DNA of 64,000 nucleotides. Origin: a virus. Its lineage: Duplodnaviria > Caudoviricetes. The stretch lies in IMG/VR virus record IMGVR_UViG_3300028832_000117, positions 34,312-98,311 of that record. One strand, written 5' to 3'. Under the pieces are notes generated by a model. That model had not been told where the DNA came from. It saw only the letters and a program-made list of their open reading frames with translations, and did not search any database. Positions 17,287-25,067 of the stretch are shown piece by piece; the stretch's first letter is position 1, and each line of letters starts with the position of its first letter. A program made the position numbers and the translations under genes.

Positions 17287-18382
17287 CTGGGTGGTCTCCT
17301 TTCTGCTTTAGGATTGATGAGAATTGTATCATATTCCGGACGAGACGTCCACTGTTTCCCTTGCGGATGCAGGCCATGACGCACTCGAAGCTGGTGTCGA
17401 AGTCGTCCCAGGACGCCCTGCCCTCGCGGCAGAGCTTCGCCAGCCTGCGGAGGCGCCTCTTTATCTCCTTGACCCTCTTCGGATCCCGGAACATCAGCAC
17501 CTTCCCGGTCTCCGTGACGCGGAACAGGAACCCCAGGAACACGACGCCGTCCTTGGCGAGCCGGACCCTCGTCTTGTCCGGGTGGAGCCACATGCCGGCC
17601 GGCGCGAGCTCCCCGGAGACCTCGGCCCTCACCGCGCCCATGTCCTCGTCCGGCGCGCCGAGGATGTGCCAGTCGTCCATGTAGCGGATGTAGAACTTCC
17701 GGCGCATCTCCTCCTTGACGTGGTGGTCGAACGGATCGAGGTACGAGATGCCCGCTATCTGGACCATCTGGCTTCCGGGGTTGTAGCCCTTCTCGCCGAG
17801 GTACTGGTGGCGGAGCGTCCTGACGACCTCGCTCTTCGTCCACGGATCGGTACGGCTCCCGAACATCTCCTCGGTAAGGTCGTGCCGCATGTTGTCGTAG
17901 TAGCCCTTGATGTCGCCGGAGAGTATCTGGAACCGGTTGGACCGCCACTTGAGCCACGCGTTGTGCAGCATGCGCTTCATGTGGAGGAGCGCCGCCTCCG
18001 TGCCCTTGCCCTTCTGGCACGCGAAGTTGGTCCAGATGAAGGACCTCGTCATCCTCGGGTAGAGCACGATGTCGTTGAGCCCGCGCTGGTAGGTGCGGTC
18101 GCGGAAGGTGATCGAGCGCGCCGTGCGCTTCTTCGGGTACGTGATGTGCACCGTGCGCACGGGCCCTTCGCGGTAGCGTCCGTTGGCGAGGTCGTCCGCG
18201 AGGTCGACGGTGCGGTCGATGATGTGGAGTATGTAGGCCTGCGACGAAAACTTCCGGCCCACGCCCTTCCAGCACTTGCGTGCGGAACGGTAGAGCGTTT
18301 CGGGATCCGTCGCAAGCCTACGGTATTTTTCGGAGGCGGGCAGACGGACAGCGTCCGCATCTGGCTGCGGCGCCTCCGCCAT
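17252..18382 (-). CDS. DGR reverse transcriptase (start uncertain; ORF open to 18574)
   Basis: PKKR, FRDR, ACQKGKGT, DIKGYYDN, GYNPGSQMVQ, YIRYMDD, FLGF; no maturase or endonuclease domain. Confidence 0.95.
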   Translation of the reverse strand: MAEAPQPDADAVRLPASEKYRRLATDPETLYRSARKCWKGVGRKFSSQAYILHIIDRTVDLADDLANGRYREGPVRTVHITYPKKRTARSITFRDRTYQRGLNDIVLYPRMTRSFIWTNFACQKGKGTEAALLHMKRMLHNAWLKWRSNRFQILSGDIKGYYDNMRHDLTEEMFGSRTDPWTKSEVVRTLRHQYLGEKGYNPGSQMVQIAGISYLDPFDHHVKEEMRRKFYIRYMDDWHILGAPDEDMGAVRAEVSGELAPAGMWLHPDKTRVRLAKDGVVFLGFLFRVTETGKVLMFRDPKRVKEIKRRLRRLAKLCREGRASWDDFDTSFECVMACIRKGNSGRLVRNMIQFSSILKQKGDHPDGTRHQRTEAA

Positions 18383-18504
18383 CGTCTCCGGGCTTGATTC
18401 TGGACGGTCGTCCGTCCAGCAGGTGCGCAGCTCCCTGCGTATGTGAACTGGTGTCATACCCGTCCAGGAACGCCGCGAGGCGGCGCCACTTACAGGACAG
18501 GCGA

Positions 18505-18633
18505 ACGCAGTCGGGGGCGAGGCCGTACGAGTTGTTCGCGTTGTTGTTGTTGATGTTACCGCTCGTGTTGACATTCCAGACGTTGTTCACGTTGTTGCGG
18601 TTAGGCGAACGCAGCCACAGGTTGCAAGCCGAG
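18505..18633 (-). repeat. DGR template repeat (TR), 129 bp
   Basis: Near-copy of 19239-19370 containing 15 AAY codons. Confidence 0.97.
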
Positions 18634-19173
18634 CTCATTTAGCGTCGCACCTGTTTCGCCTCCGGAGGACTGCTCCGCCGGAGGTGAAATCCTCTTCAGC
18701 GCGGCGTCGAGGAGAGGGGTCTCGGACGGCGCGTCCTTCGGGTGCGCCAGCTCTCCGTATCTTTCGACGTCGCACTTGTGCCAGGCCTTCAACTTGTTGG
18801 AGACCTTGACGAACATGTCCATCCAGTACCAGAACTTCTTGGAGTCCAGGCGGAACTGGGGCTTGACCAGGTCGAAGTACGCCTCCAGGACGTCGCACGA
18901 CGTTATGGCTTCGTCCTGGAGGGCCAGGCGCTCATGGGCGCGCCAGGGCTCCTTGGTCACGTTGATCCTGTTTGCGGCCCGCGCCGACACGTACACGTGC
19001 AGGAGTTCCCTCTGGATGAGGTAGAGGGTCTCGTTGTGGAAATCGTCCGCCGGATTGAAGTGCTTGGGGTTCCCCATGATCCGCACGGAGTGTATGTAGA
19101 GGTTCCGTGCGTCGATCAGCACCTGGAGCGGCGTTTCGTTCCAGTCCCTTGCGTGTTTCGTGCCCTTGCCCAT
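18601..19173 (-). CDS. avd: DGR accessory variability determinant (Avd-like)
   Basis: Basic helical protein between target and TR; AANRI, RLALQDEAI, LKAW..D..RY pattern. Confidence 0.8.
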   Translation of the reverse strand: MGKGTKHARDWNETPLQVLIDARNLYIHSVRIMGNPKHFNPADDFHNETLYLIQRELLHVYVSARAANRINVTKEPWRAHERLALQDEAITSCDVLEAYFDLVKPQFRLDSKKFWYWMDMFVKVSNKLKAWHKCDVERYGELAHPKDAPSETPLLDAALKRISPPAEQSSGGETGATLNELGLQPVAAFA

Positions 19174-19188
19174 GGTGGCCTTTCATTT

Positions 19189-19216
19189 ATCCCCCTCGCG
19201 CAAGCGCTCGGGGGAT
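19189..19216. promoter_or_regulatory. Hairpin downstream of VR/IMH (DGR target-recognition element candidate)
   Basis: ATCCCCC..CGC-GCAA-GCG..GGGGGAT, 12 nt after the target stop. Confidence 0.65.
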
Positions 19217-19228
19217 TTTCCTTTTGGA

Positions 19229-21655
19229 TTAGTAGATGACGCAGGCGGGGGCGAGGCCGTACGAGTTGCTCGCGACGTTGTAGCTGCTGATGCTACCGCC
19301 CGTGCCGACATACCAGACGTGGCTCACGACGCTGCGGCTAGGCGAACGCAGCCACAGGGTGCAAGCCGAGGTCTTTGCCGTCTGCCTGTACTGGATACGC
19401 GCGGTGGACGCGTTGTTGTTCGCGGCCGCGTTGTCCATCGCAGCCACCCAGAAGGAGTCCGCGGTGTTCTCGTTGTCGTTCACGCTGCCGTTCATCTCGG
19501 CCCCCGAGTCGAGGAAGAACTTGTCCACGGTCGTCACGATGTCCGCCTGGCCGGAGTAGCACTGGACCTGCACCGGCTGGATGTAGTCGAGCAGGGCCGA
19601 CGTGCAGCCCGCCATGTAGCCGCGGGTCGTCGAGAGCTGCGACGGGGCGACGTCGCCGGCGTGCTGCGACGTCCACCAGCCTCCGAGCTCCGAGGCGGAC
19701 GAGTTGATGTACTGGCGGACGGCCGAGTGGTCGTAGCGGTTGGAGCCGTACGAGAACGCGTCCCTTGCGTTGTATGCAAGCCCGTGCTTGTAGATCTCGA
19801 GGTAGCCGGAGTACGGGAGCGACTGCCCGGCGGAGAGGCCGAGCCACACCAGCGAGCCCTTGACCATCGTCGCCTGCACCGCAAAGTGCTCGGAGTCGTT
19901 GTCCGGCGTCGTGGAGTCGGCCGTGGACTTGGCGAGGATGCACTTGTACGCGACGCCGTCGTACGAGCAGTACGAGTTGAGCGCGTAGGTCTTCGACGCG
20001 TCGAACGCGGCGGCCCAGCCGTAGTAGCCGAGCCCGGACTCCGCGGTCGTCTCGGTGGACGAGTCGCAGAGGACGGGCGACTCGGCCGCGTCGAACTGCA
20101 TGTCGTACGTCGCGTACTTGCGGCGCAGCTTGACGCCGAGATGCGAGTTGCCGTCGGCGTCCTTGTAGTTCTTGACGTCCACGACGACCATCGGGTTCGT
20201 GATGACGGTCGTGCCGTTGTCGGACGTCCAGGTGTCCTCGATCTCCTTGCCGAGGATCGCGGTCTTCGCGTCGGCGGCCGTCATGCCTTCCTGGCGGATG
20301 AAGCCCTGGATGCCGGCGAAGTCCGTGATGGACGAGGCGTCCTGGTACGTCAGCGTCACGAACGTGTTGGCGTTCGCGTTGCCGTGCGCCGTGGAGGGCG
20401 AGAAGTGCCCTGCGAGCGTCGAGGTGATCTGGACGAAGTACTCGGTGCCGCGGGGGACGAGGAAGCTCACGGGCTGGCCTTCGTACGACGCGGTCTCGCG
20501 CAGCGTGCCGGTCGACGCGTCCGCGCCCTCGTAGAGGCTCACGGTCTGTCCGGTCACGGTCACGCCGTCCGCGGTCGTCGCGGAGACGACGATCGTGACG
20601 TACGCGTCCACGGCCTTGGAGAGGGCATTCGCGATCGTCTGCGACGCGTCGTACACCCCGATGTAGAGCTTGCCCGTCACCGCGTCGGCGATGCGGACGA
20701 CTCCGGCCGTCGTGTCGATGAAGATGGTGCAGAGGTACAGCATCGGGGACGACTCGATCGCCGAGACGTCGAACTGGACGTGCTGGCCCTGGTCGTTTAT
20801 CGTGTTGAGGCGGGCGAGTATGGACGCCATCGTCTCCGTCGGCTCGGTGAGCTTCACGATGGTCGTGAAGTCCGTGGATAGCTTCATCGCGGTCCAGTGC
20901 GTCGTGTCCTCGTCGGGCGTCGCCGTGTTGGCCGCCGTCACCGCCGCCTTGCAGCGGTAGAGCTTGCCTTCATGGCGCACGATCTTGTCAACGGCGTACG
21001 CGGTCGTCTTGGCGAAGTCGACCGCCTGCCCGGCGGAGTCGAGCTTGCCGGTCAGCTGGTCGGAGACGTCGATCGCGTCGATCGCGGACCAGACCGCGCC
21101 GGACGTCACGAGCGCCGTCGAGTTCTCCGTCACGGAGGTCGTGATGGATTTGCCGGAGTCCGAAAGATGCCCGGTGGCTGTGAGGGTTGCCACATTTCCT
21201 GCAGCGGACGGTACCGCCTTATCGGCCTTCCTGGCGAGCTCCGCGTAGGCGCCGCCGGTCGTGAACTTCGTAGTGCCGTTCTCGGCCGGTGTCGCGCTGT
21301 CGCCCGTGTTCACCACGTTGGCGAGGCCGACATCGGTCTTGGTGAGCGTGACGGCGCCGGTCCTTCCGGCGACGGACGTGACCGCGGCGGTCGGGACGAC
21401 CACCTCCACGTACTTGGCGGACTCTTCGTCGTACTTGTACGTCTTGCCGGTCTCGTCCGAGCGGTAGTACCTGCTGGGGTCGCCGGGCTTAGGAAAATCG
21501 TCCTTGGACTCGTAGTTGAGGACGTCGGTCACCTGGCCGGGGACCTGCTCGTCCGGGACGGTCCCCTCGGGGGAGAGCGTGGCGTAGGCCTGCTCGGCCC
21601 TGCGGCGCAGGTCCTTGTCCGTAAGGGTAAGCACGTTTGTCTGCTTCAGCGTCAT
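19229..21655 (-). CDS. DGR target: tail fibre/receptor-binding protein with C-terminal CLec-like (DUF6273-like) domain
   Basis: VTSVAGRTGAVTLTKTDVGL fibre repeat; NRYDHSAVRQYIN, DKFFL, WLRSP...SYGLAPAC. Confidence 0.9.
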   Translation of the reverse strand: MTLKQTNVLTLTDKDLRRRAEQAYATLSPEGTVPDEQVPGQVTDVLNYESKDDFPKPGDPSRYYRSDETGKTYKYDEESAKYVEVVVPTAAVTSVAGRTGAVTLTKTDVGLANVVNTGDSATPAENGTTKFTTGGAYAELARKADKAVPSAAGNVATLTATGHLSDSGKSITTSVTENSTALVTSGAVWSAIDAIDVSDQLTGKLDSAGQAVDFAKTTAYAVDKIVRHEGKLYRCKAAVTAANTATPDEDTTHWTAMKLSTDFTTIVKLTEPTETMASILARLNTINDQGQHVQFDVSAIESSPMLYLCTIFIDTTAGVVRIADAVTGKLYIGVYDASQTIANALSKAVDAYVTIVVSATTADGVTVTGQTVSLYEGADASTGTLRETASYEGQPVSFLVPRGTEYFVQITSTLAGHFSPSTAHGNANANTFVTLTYQDASSITDFAGIQGFIRQEGMTAADAKTAILGKEIEDTWTSDNGTTVITNPMVVVDVKNYKDADGNSHLGVKLRRKYATYDMQFDAAESPVLCDSSTETTAESGLGYYGWAAAFDASKTYALNSYCSYDGVAYKCILAKSTADSTTPDNDSEHFAVQATMVKGSLVWLGLSAGQSLPYSGYLEIYKHGLAYNARDAFSYGSNRYDHSAVRQYINSSASELGGWWTSQHAGDVAPSQLSTTRGYMAGCTSALLDYIQPVQVQCYSGQADIVTTVDKFFLDSGAEMNGSVNDNENTADSFWVAAMDNAAANNNASTARIQYRQTAKTSACTLWLRSPSRSVVSHVWYVGTGGSISSYNVASNSYGLAPACVIY
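19239..19370 (-). repeat. DGR variable repeat (VR), 132 bp
   Basis: 3' end of the target gene; 17-19 adenine-specific changes plus one extra codon relative to TR. Confidence 0.97.
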
Positions 21656-21673
21656 GGTTTTTGTTGCCTTTCT

Positions 21674-22810
21674 TTATGTTGTTTTGACCAGGGTAGGCGT
21701 GCCACCCGCGTCTTCGATGTGATAGCCTGTGTCCACAAGGTTGCCGTCGGAGTCGAAGGCCGCGAGGTTGCCTGCGGTGAACGACGTCGGTTTCGCCGCC
21801 CGCTCCTTGATGAGGCCCCAAACGGTCACCACTTCATAGTCCTTCTGGTCCTGACTCGACCAGCCTGGCGCCAGCGCGCCCGCGGCGTGGTCCTGCGTAA
21901 ACCTCAATACTGCAACCTCAGTGCTGTAACCGTTAGACGACCAGTTGTCGGTGACGATCGTTTCGCCCCTGGGATAGGGGGTCTGACTGGAAAACTTCGG
22001 GGCTACAATGCCCAACGGAACGGATTCGAGCTTCAGGGCCAAGGTGCCGGAGGTCCCCGGAAGCCAATACTCTATCGGCGTCCCGTTGGTGCCGGTCCTG
22101 AACGAAAAGAACGCAACCCCGGGGCTGTGTGACATCGGTTTGCCGAACATCCGCAGCTGCATGCCCGTCTGTTCGTCCGTCAGCACCAGGAGTTCCGGAT
22201 TGCTGGCTGAGCTGGCTCCTATGATCTGCAGCCTTCCGCTGCTGGAGATAGTGCAGGCCCCGTAGTTGTCCAGCTTCCTCTGGGTCATCGCTGCAAGCAA
22301 GTCGTAGACGGTGGTGGTATCGACCACCCATTCGCTTGACTCGTCGGGAGGCTCGTGCCCCTGGGCATAATGTGTGGCTGTGCACTTGTAGATCTGCCCC
22401 TTGTATGCTACACGATTGTCGTGGTAGTAGTTGGGATCCTGGCTGGACGACCATTCCGGGACGACCTTTTCGAGCAGGCTTGCCAACGCAGAGAAGACTG
22501 TCCCGGAGGTCGGCACACGGGCATCGCCCTCTGCCACTGCCGTAGTGGTTTCAGGAACGCTGATGTCGACTCGCTTGGCGACTGGAGACACTTCGGAGCT
22601 GTTGACGAAAACCTGCTCGATCACGTTCGCCTGCGCCCCCGACTCTATGCCGTCCAGCTTCTCCTTGGCCCACGCGGGGAGCCGGGGCTCCTGGGGTCTT
22701 GGGGGAACGACGGGTACCGTCGCCTTCGGTATGGTTGGTCTTGCCCATATCCCTGTCCTGGGTACCACAACCCCGGCTCCCGGTATCTCCGCCGTTCCGC
22801 TCATGGTCAA
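21674..22810 (-). CDS. Tail fibre-associated protein
   Basis: KLDGIESGAQANVIE repeat; CBM5/12-like VAYKGQIYKC...W; AGNLAAFDSDGNLVDTG motif shared with the DGR target. Confidence 0.7.
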   Translation of the reverse strand: MTMSGTAEIPGAGVVVPRTGIWARPTIPKATVPVVPPRPQEPRLPAWAKEKLDGIESGAQANVIEQVFVNSSEVSPVAKRVDISVPETTTAVAEGDARVPTSGTVFSALASLLEKVVPEWSSSQDPNYYHDNRVAYKGQIYKCTATHYAQGHEPPDESSEWVVDTTTVYDLLAAMTQRKLDNYGACTISSSGRLQIIGASSASNPELLVLTDEQTGMQLRMFGKPMSHSPGVAFFSFRTGTNGTPIEYWLPGTSGTLALKLESVPLGIVAPKFSSQTPYPRGETIVTDNWSSNGYSTEVAVLRFTQDHAAGALAPGWSSQDQKDYEVVTVWGLIKERAAKPTSFTAGNLAAFDSDGNLVDTGYHIEDAGGTPTLVKTT

Positions 22811-23136
22811 CCTACCACTCCCTTCTCGATGTAGCTGAAGAACTTCTCAAAGTCCTGCTTGTTGAAATGGATCCCGAGGAGCCCTACGTAGAGCTCTCCG
22901 GCCGTGTCGACCCCGGCTATCGCCGCTTTCTTGAGAACGTCCACGTCCACCGTATCACCGTCCATGATACCAAGGGCGGTCATGAACTCGGACGGAATGA
23001 TCCTCACCGAGAGCTTGCCCGTCCCGACAAGCGCGCCGAGGGCGAACTTGCGCATGGGAGCCTTGCACTCCGGTATGAGGACCGACTGGACGTACTGGTT
23101 CAGCCTCTGGTCGAACTCTGCTGTCGTCATCTTCAT
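22807..23136 (-). CDS. Hypothetical protein
   Basis: RBS AAGGAG. Confidence 0.7.
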   Translation of the reverse strand: MKMTTAEFDQRLNQYVQSVLIPECKAPMRKFALGALVGTGKLSVRIIPSEFMTALGIMDGDTVDVDVLKKAAIAGVDTAGELYVGLLGIHFNKQDFEKFFSYIEKGVVG

Positions 23137-23156
23137 GTCTCAAATCTCCTTTTGTC

Positions 23157-23184
23157 GGCGGGCGCCCGGCGAAGGGCGCCCGCC
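23157..23184. other. Perfect 11-bp hairpin after a stop codon
   Basis: GGCGGGCGCCC-6 nt-GGGCGCCCGCC. Confidence 0.7.
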
Positions 23185-23193
23185 TCGTGGCCG

Positions 23194-23625
23194 TTAGCCG
23201 TTCGTGGTGGACGCGGTAGCCGTCTTGGCGACGAGCGCCGCGGGGGTCACGTCAACGGCGCCCCAGCCGGGGGCGACGTTGCGGTTCGGGACCATGAGCT
23301 GGGTCAGCGAGTAGAGCTGGCCGATCTGCGTGGCCGCGAACCCGAGCTGCGCCTGCTGGGTGGCGTTGATCGCCATCTGGGGCGCGATCGCCCTGTCGGT
23401 GTACGCCTGGGCGCGGGTCTCCGCGAGCTGCACGCGAAGCTCCATGTTCTCGTGCGCGAGCGGGTTGACGCCTGCGGCGGGTCCGCCGAACAGCGGGCTG
23501 CCTCCCGGAGGGAGCAGTACGCGTGCGGCAAGGCCGCCTATGGCGACACCTGCGATGGTCCAGAGCGCGCCCTTGAGGCCTTTGCCCTCGTAGGCACCTT
23601 CCGTCCTGTCTGTATCTTCTGTCAT
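23194..23625 (-). CDS. Hypothetical protein with N-terminal hydrophobic helix
   Basis: RBS AAGGA; GALWTIAGVAIGG...VPNRNVAPGWG. Confidence 0.7.
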   Translation of the reverse strand: MTEDTDRTEGAYEGKGLKGALWTIAGVAIGGLAARVLLPPGGSPLFGGPAAGVNPLAHENMELRVQLAETRAQAYTDRAIAPQMAINATQQAQLGFAATQIGQLYSLTQLMVPNRNVAPGWGAVDVTPAALVAKTATASTTNG

Positions 23626-23696
23626 CGTGGGTTTCCTTTCTTCTTTGTTGTTTCAGTATTCCCCACGGCACCGTGCCGCAGGGAAATCCCTGCGGC

Positions 23697-23972
23697 TCAG
23701 GCCTTTTCGGCCTTGACGAGCGCTTCGGCCTCCTTGACCTTTTCGCCCTCCTTGGTCTCGAGCGACGCCCACAGCCACTTTACGGCTGCGAATATCGCCT
23801 TGGCCCTGTCGTGCGACACTCCGTGCCGCAGAACCTCCGCGAGCGCCGTCCTCACGCCGTCGCAGGAGTCCTCGACCTCGCGGTCCACGAGGTCCGTCAG
23901 GGCGGAGATGGCATGCTCGCGGCATTCCGCGTACATCTCCATCTTCACCTTCATTTCGTTTGCTGCTGTCAT
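23697..23972 (-). CDS. Hypothetical protein
   Basis: RBS AAGGA; hairpin at 23675-23696 immediately after the stop. Confidence 0.65.
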   Translation of the reverse strand: MTAANEMKVKMEMYAECREHAISALTDLVDREVEDSCDGVRTALAEVLRHGVSHDRAKAIFAAVKWLWASLETKEGEKVKEAEALVKAEKA

Positions 23973-24188
23973 GGTTCAGTATTCCTTTCTTGGGTGTTGG
24001 CCGAGGCGGGATTGCCTTGGCCGGAATACTTGCACCTTCGACTACCGAACCAGCGCAGGGTTTGTTCTTGACAGAAGAAAAAGGAGACAACGCGGGAACG
24101 CGAGAGGCCGAATCAGGCCTCTTTGCCATATCAGATGCTTTTGTGCCCTTCATGTTCGCGTTGCTCCTTTTAGAGCTCTCCGGAATAT

Positions 24189-24218
24189 ATTATAGCATAA
24201 TGCGGTTTGCGAAATCAA
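24189..24218 (-). promoter_or_regulatory. Sigma70-like promoter
   Basis: TTGATT-18 bp-TATAAT, TATGC before the -10. Confidence 0.75.
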
Positions 24219-25066
24219 GCAAGATCGTTCCCGTCCGTGAGTTCCAGGATGCGCCGCTGCTGCGTGGAGAGCGACGCTCCGGAGTCGCGGCGACGGCGCA
24301 GGAACGCAAGTTCGTCCTTGTTGGGGACGCGCATCCCGGCTCCGGACGTCGGATTCCCGTTCCAGTCCACCATTCCGCCGCCGGTGGCGGTGACCTTCAC
24401 GATCGGCTCCTGCGGCTGGGCAGGCTGGGCAGCGGGCTGCACAGGTTGGACGGGCTGCGCGGCCTGCGCGTTCTCGGACGGGTCCAGCGAGAACTTCACG
24501 AATCCGCTCCTGCCGCGCTCCACGCCCTGCGCGTCCGCGGTCTCGACGAGTGCGCGCTGCTGCGCGCTCATCGAGGCGCCGCTTTCGTAGCGCCTGCGGA
24601 GGAAGTCCAGCTCGGAGCCCGTCATGGTGACCCCGGCTCCCTCGGCGGCCTGGGCAGAGCCGGTCTCCTTGGGCTTCTTTCCTGGCGCGGGGCTCCGCGG
24701 GCTCTCGCGCATCCTGACGACCATGTCGTGGAGGCGCTGCACGGCGGACTGCTCCCACTCGTTCTGCGGAGCCCCGACCTCCATCACCATCTCCAGCATC
24801 TCCGCGGTCTCCTCGAGCTGTTCGTCCGTCGGATCCTTGACGGAGGTGTCGAGGGTCGCGATGCGGGCGAGGATCGTGCGCCTAAGCTGCAGCTCGTCGT
24901 CGGCGTACGCCGTGTCGCTGAAGAACCTCCGCTGCTCCTCGGTCGGCTCGGAGACCGGCTCGAAGCCGTTCTCCTCCATCACCAGACGGAGCGCTTCGTC
25001 GAACGCGACGCACAGGGCATCCCTGCTGTCCTTGAACACCTTCGGGTTTATTACGATCCTTGCCAT
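24215..25066 (-). CDS. Hypothetical (virion-associated?) protein with a duplicated 24-aa motif
   Basis: Start ATG 25066 just after the previous stop; ELxFLRRRxxSGASxSxQQR twice. Confidence 0.7.
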   Translation of the reverse strand: MARIVINPKVFKDSRDALCVAFDEALRLVMEENGFEPVSEPTEEQRRFFSDTAYADDELQLRRTILARIATLDTSVKDPTDEQLEETAEMLEMVMEVGAPQNEWEQSAVQRLHDMVVRMRESPRSPAPGKKPKETGSAQAAEGAGVTMTGSELDFLRRRYESGASMSAQQRALVETADAQGVERGRSGFVKFSLDPSENAQAAQPVQPVQPAAQPAQPQEPIVKVTATGGGMVDWNGNPTSGAGMRVPNKDELAFLRRRRDSGASLSTQQRRILELTDGNDLA

Positions 25067-25067
25067 A

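Larger units (their letters stand above)
17252..21655 (-). mobile_element. Diversity-generating retroelement cassette (target/VR - hairpin - avd - TR - RT)
   Basis: All components present in canonical order; TR/VR substitutions only at TR adenines. Confidence 0.97.

Noticed and set aside
17252-18574. RT as group II intron, retron or Abi RT
   Set aside because: The TR/VR pair, avd and lack of maturase/endonuclease domains identify a DGR
18318-18638. 106-aa Asn-rich ORF / AAC microsatellite
   Set aside because: It is the TR read in the VR frame; the AAC runs are the mutagenesis template
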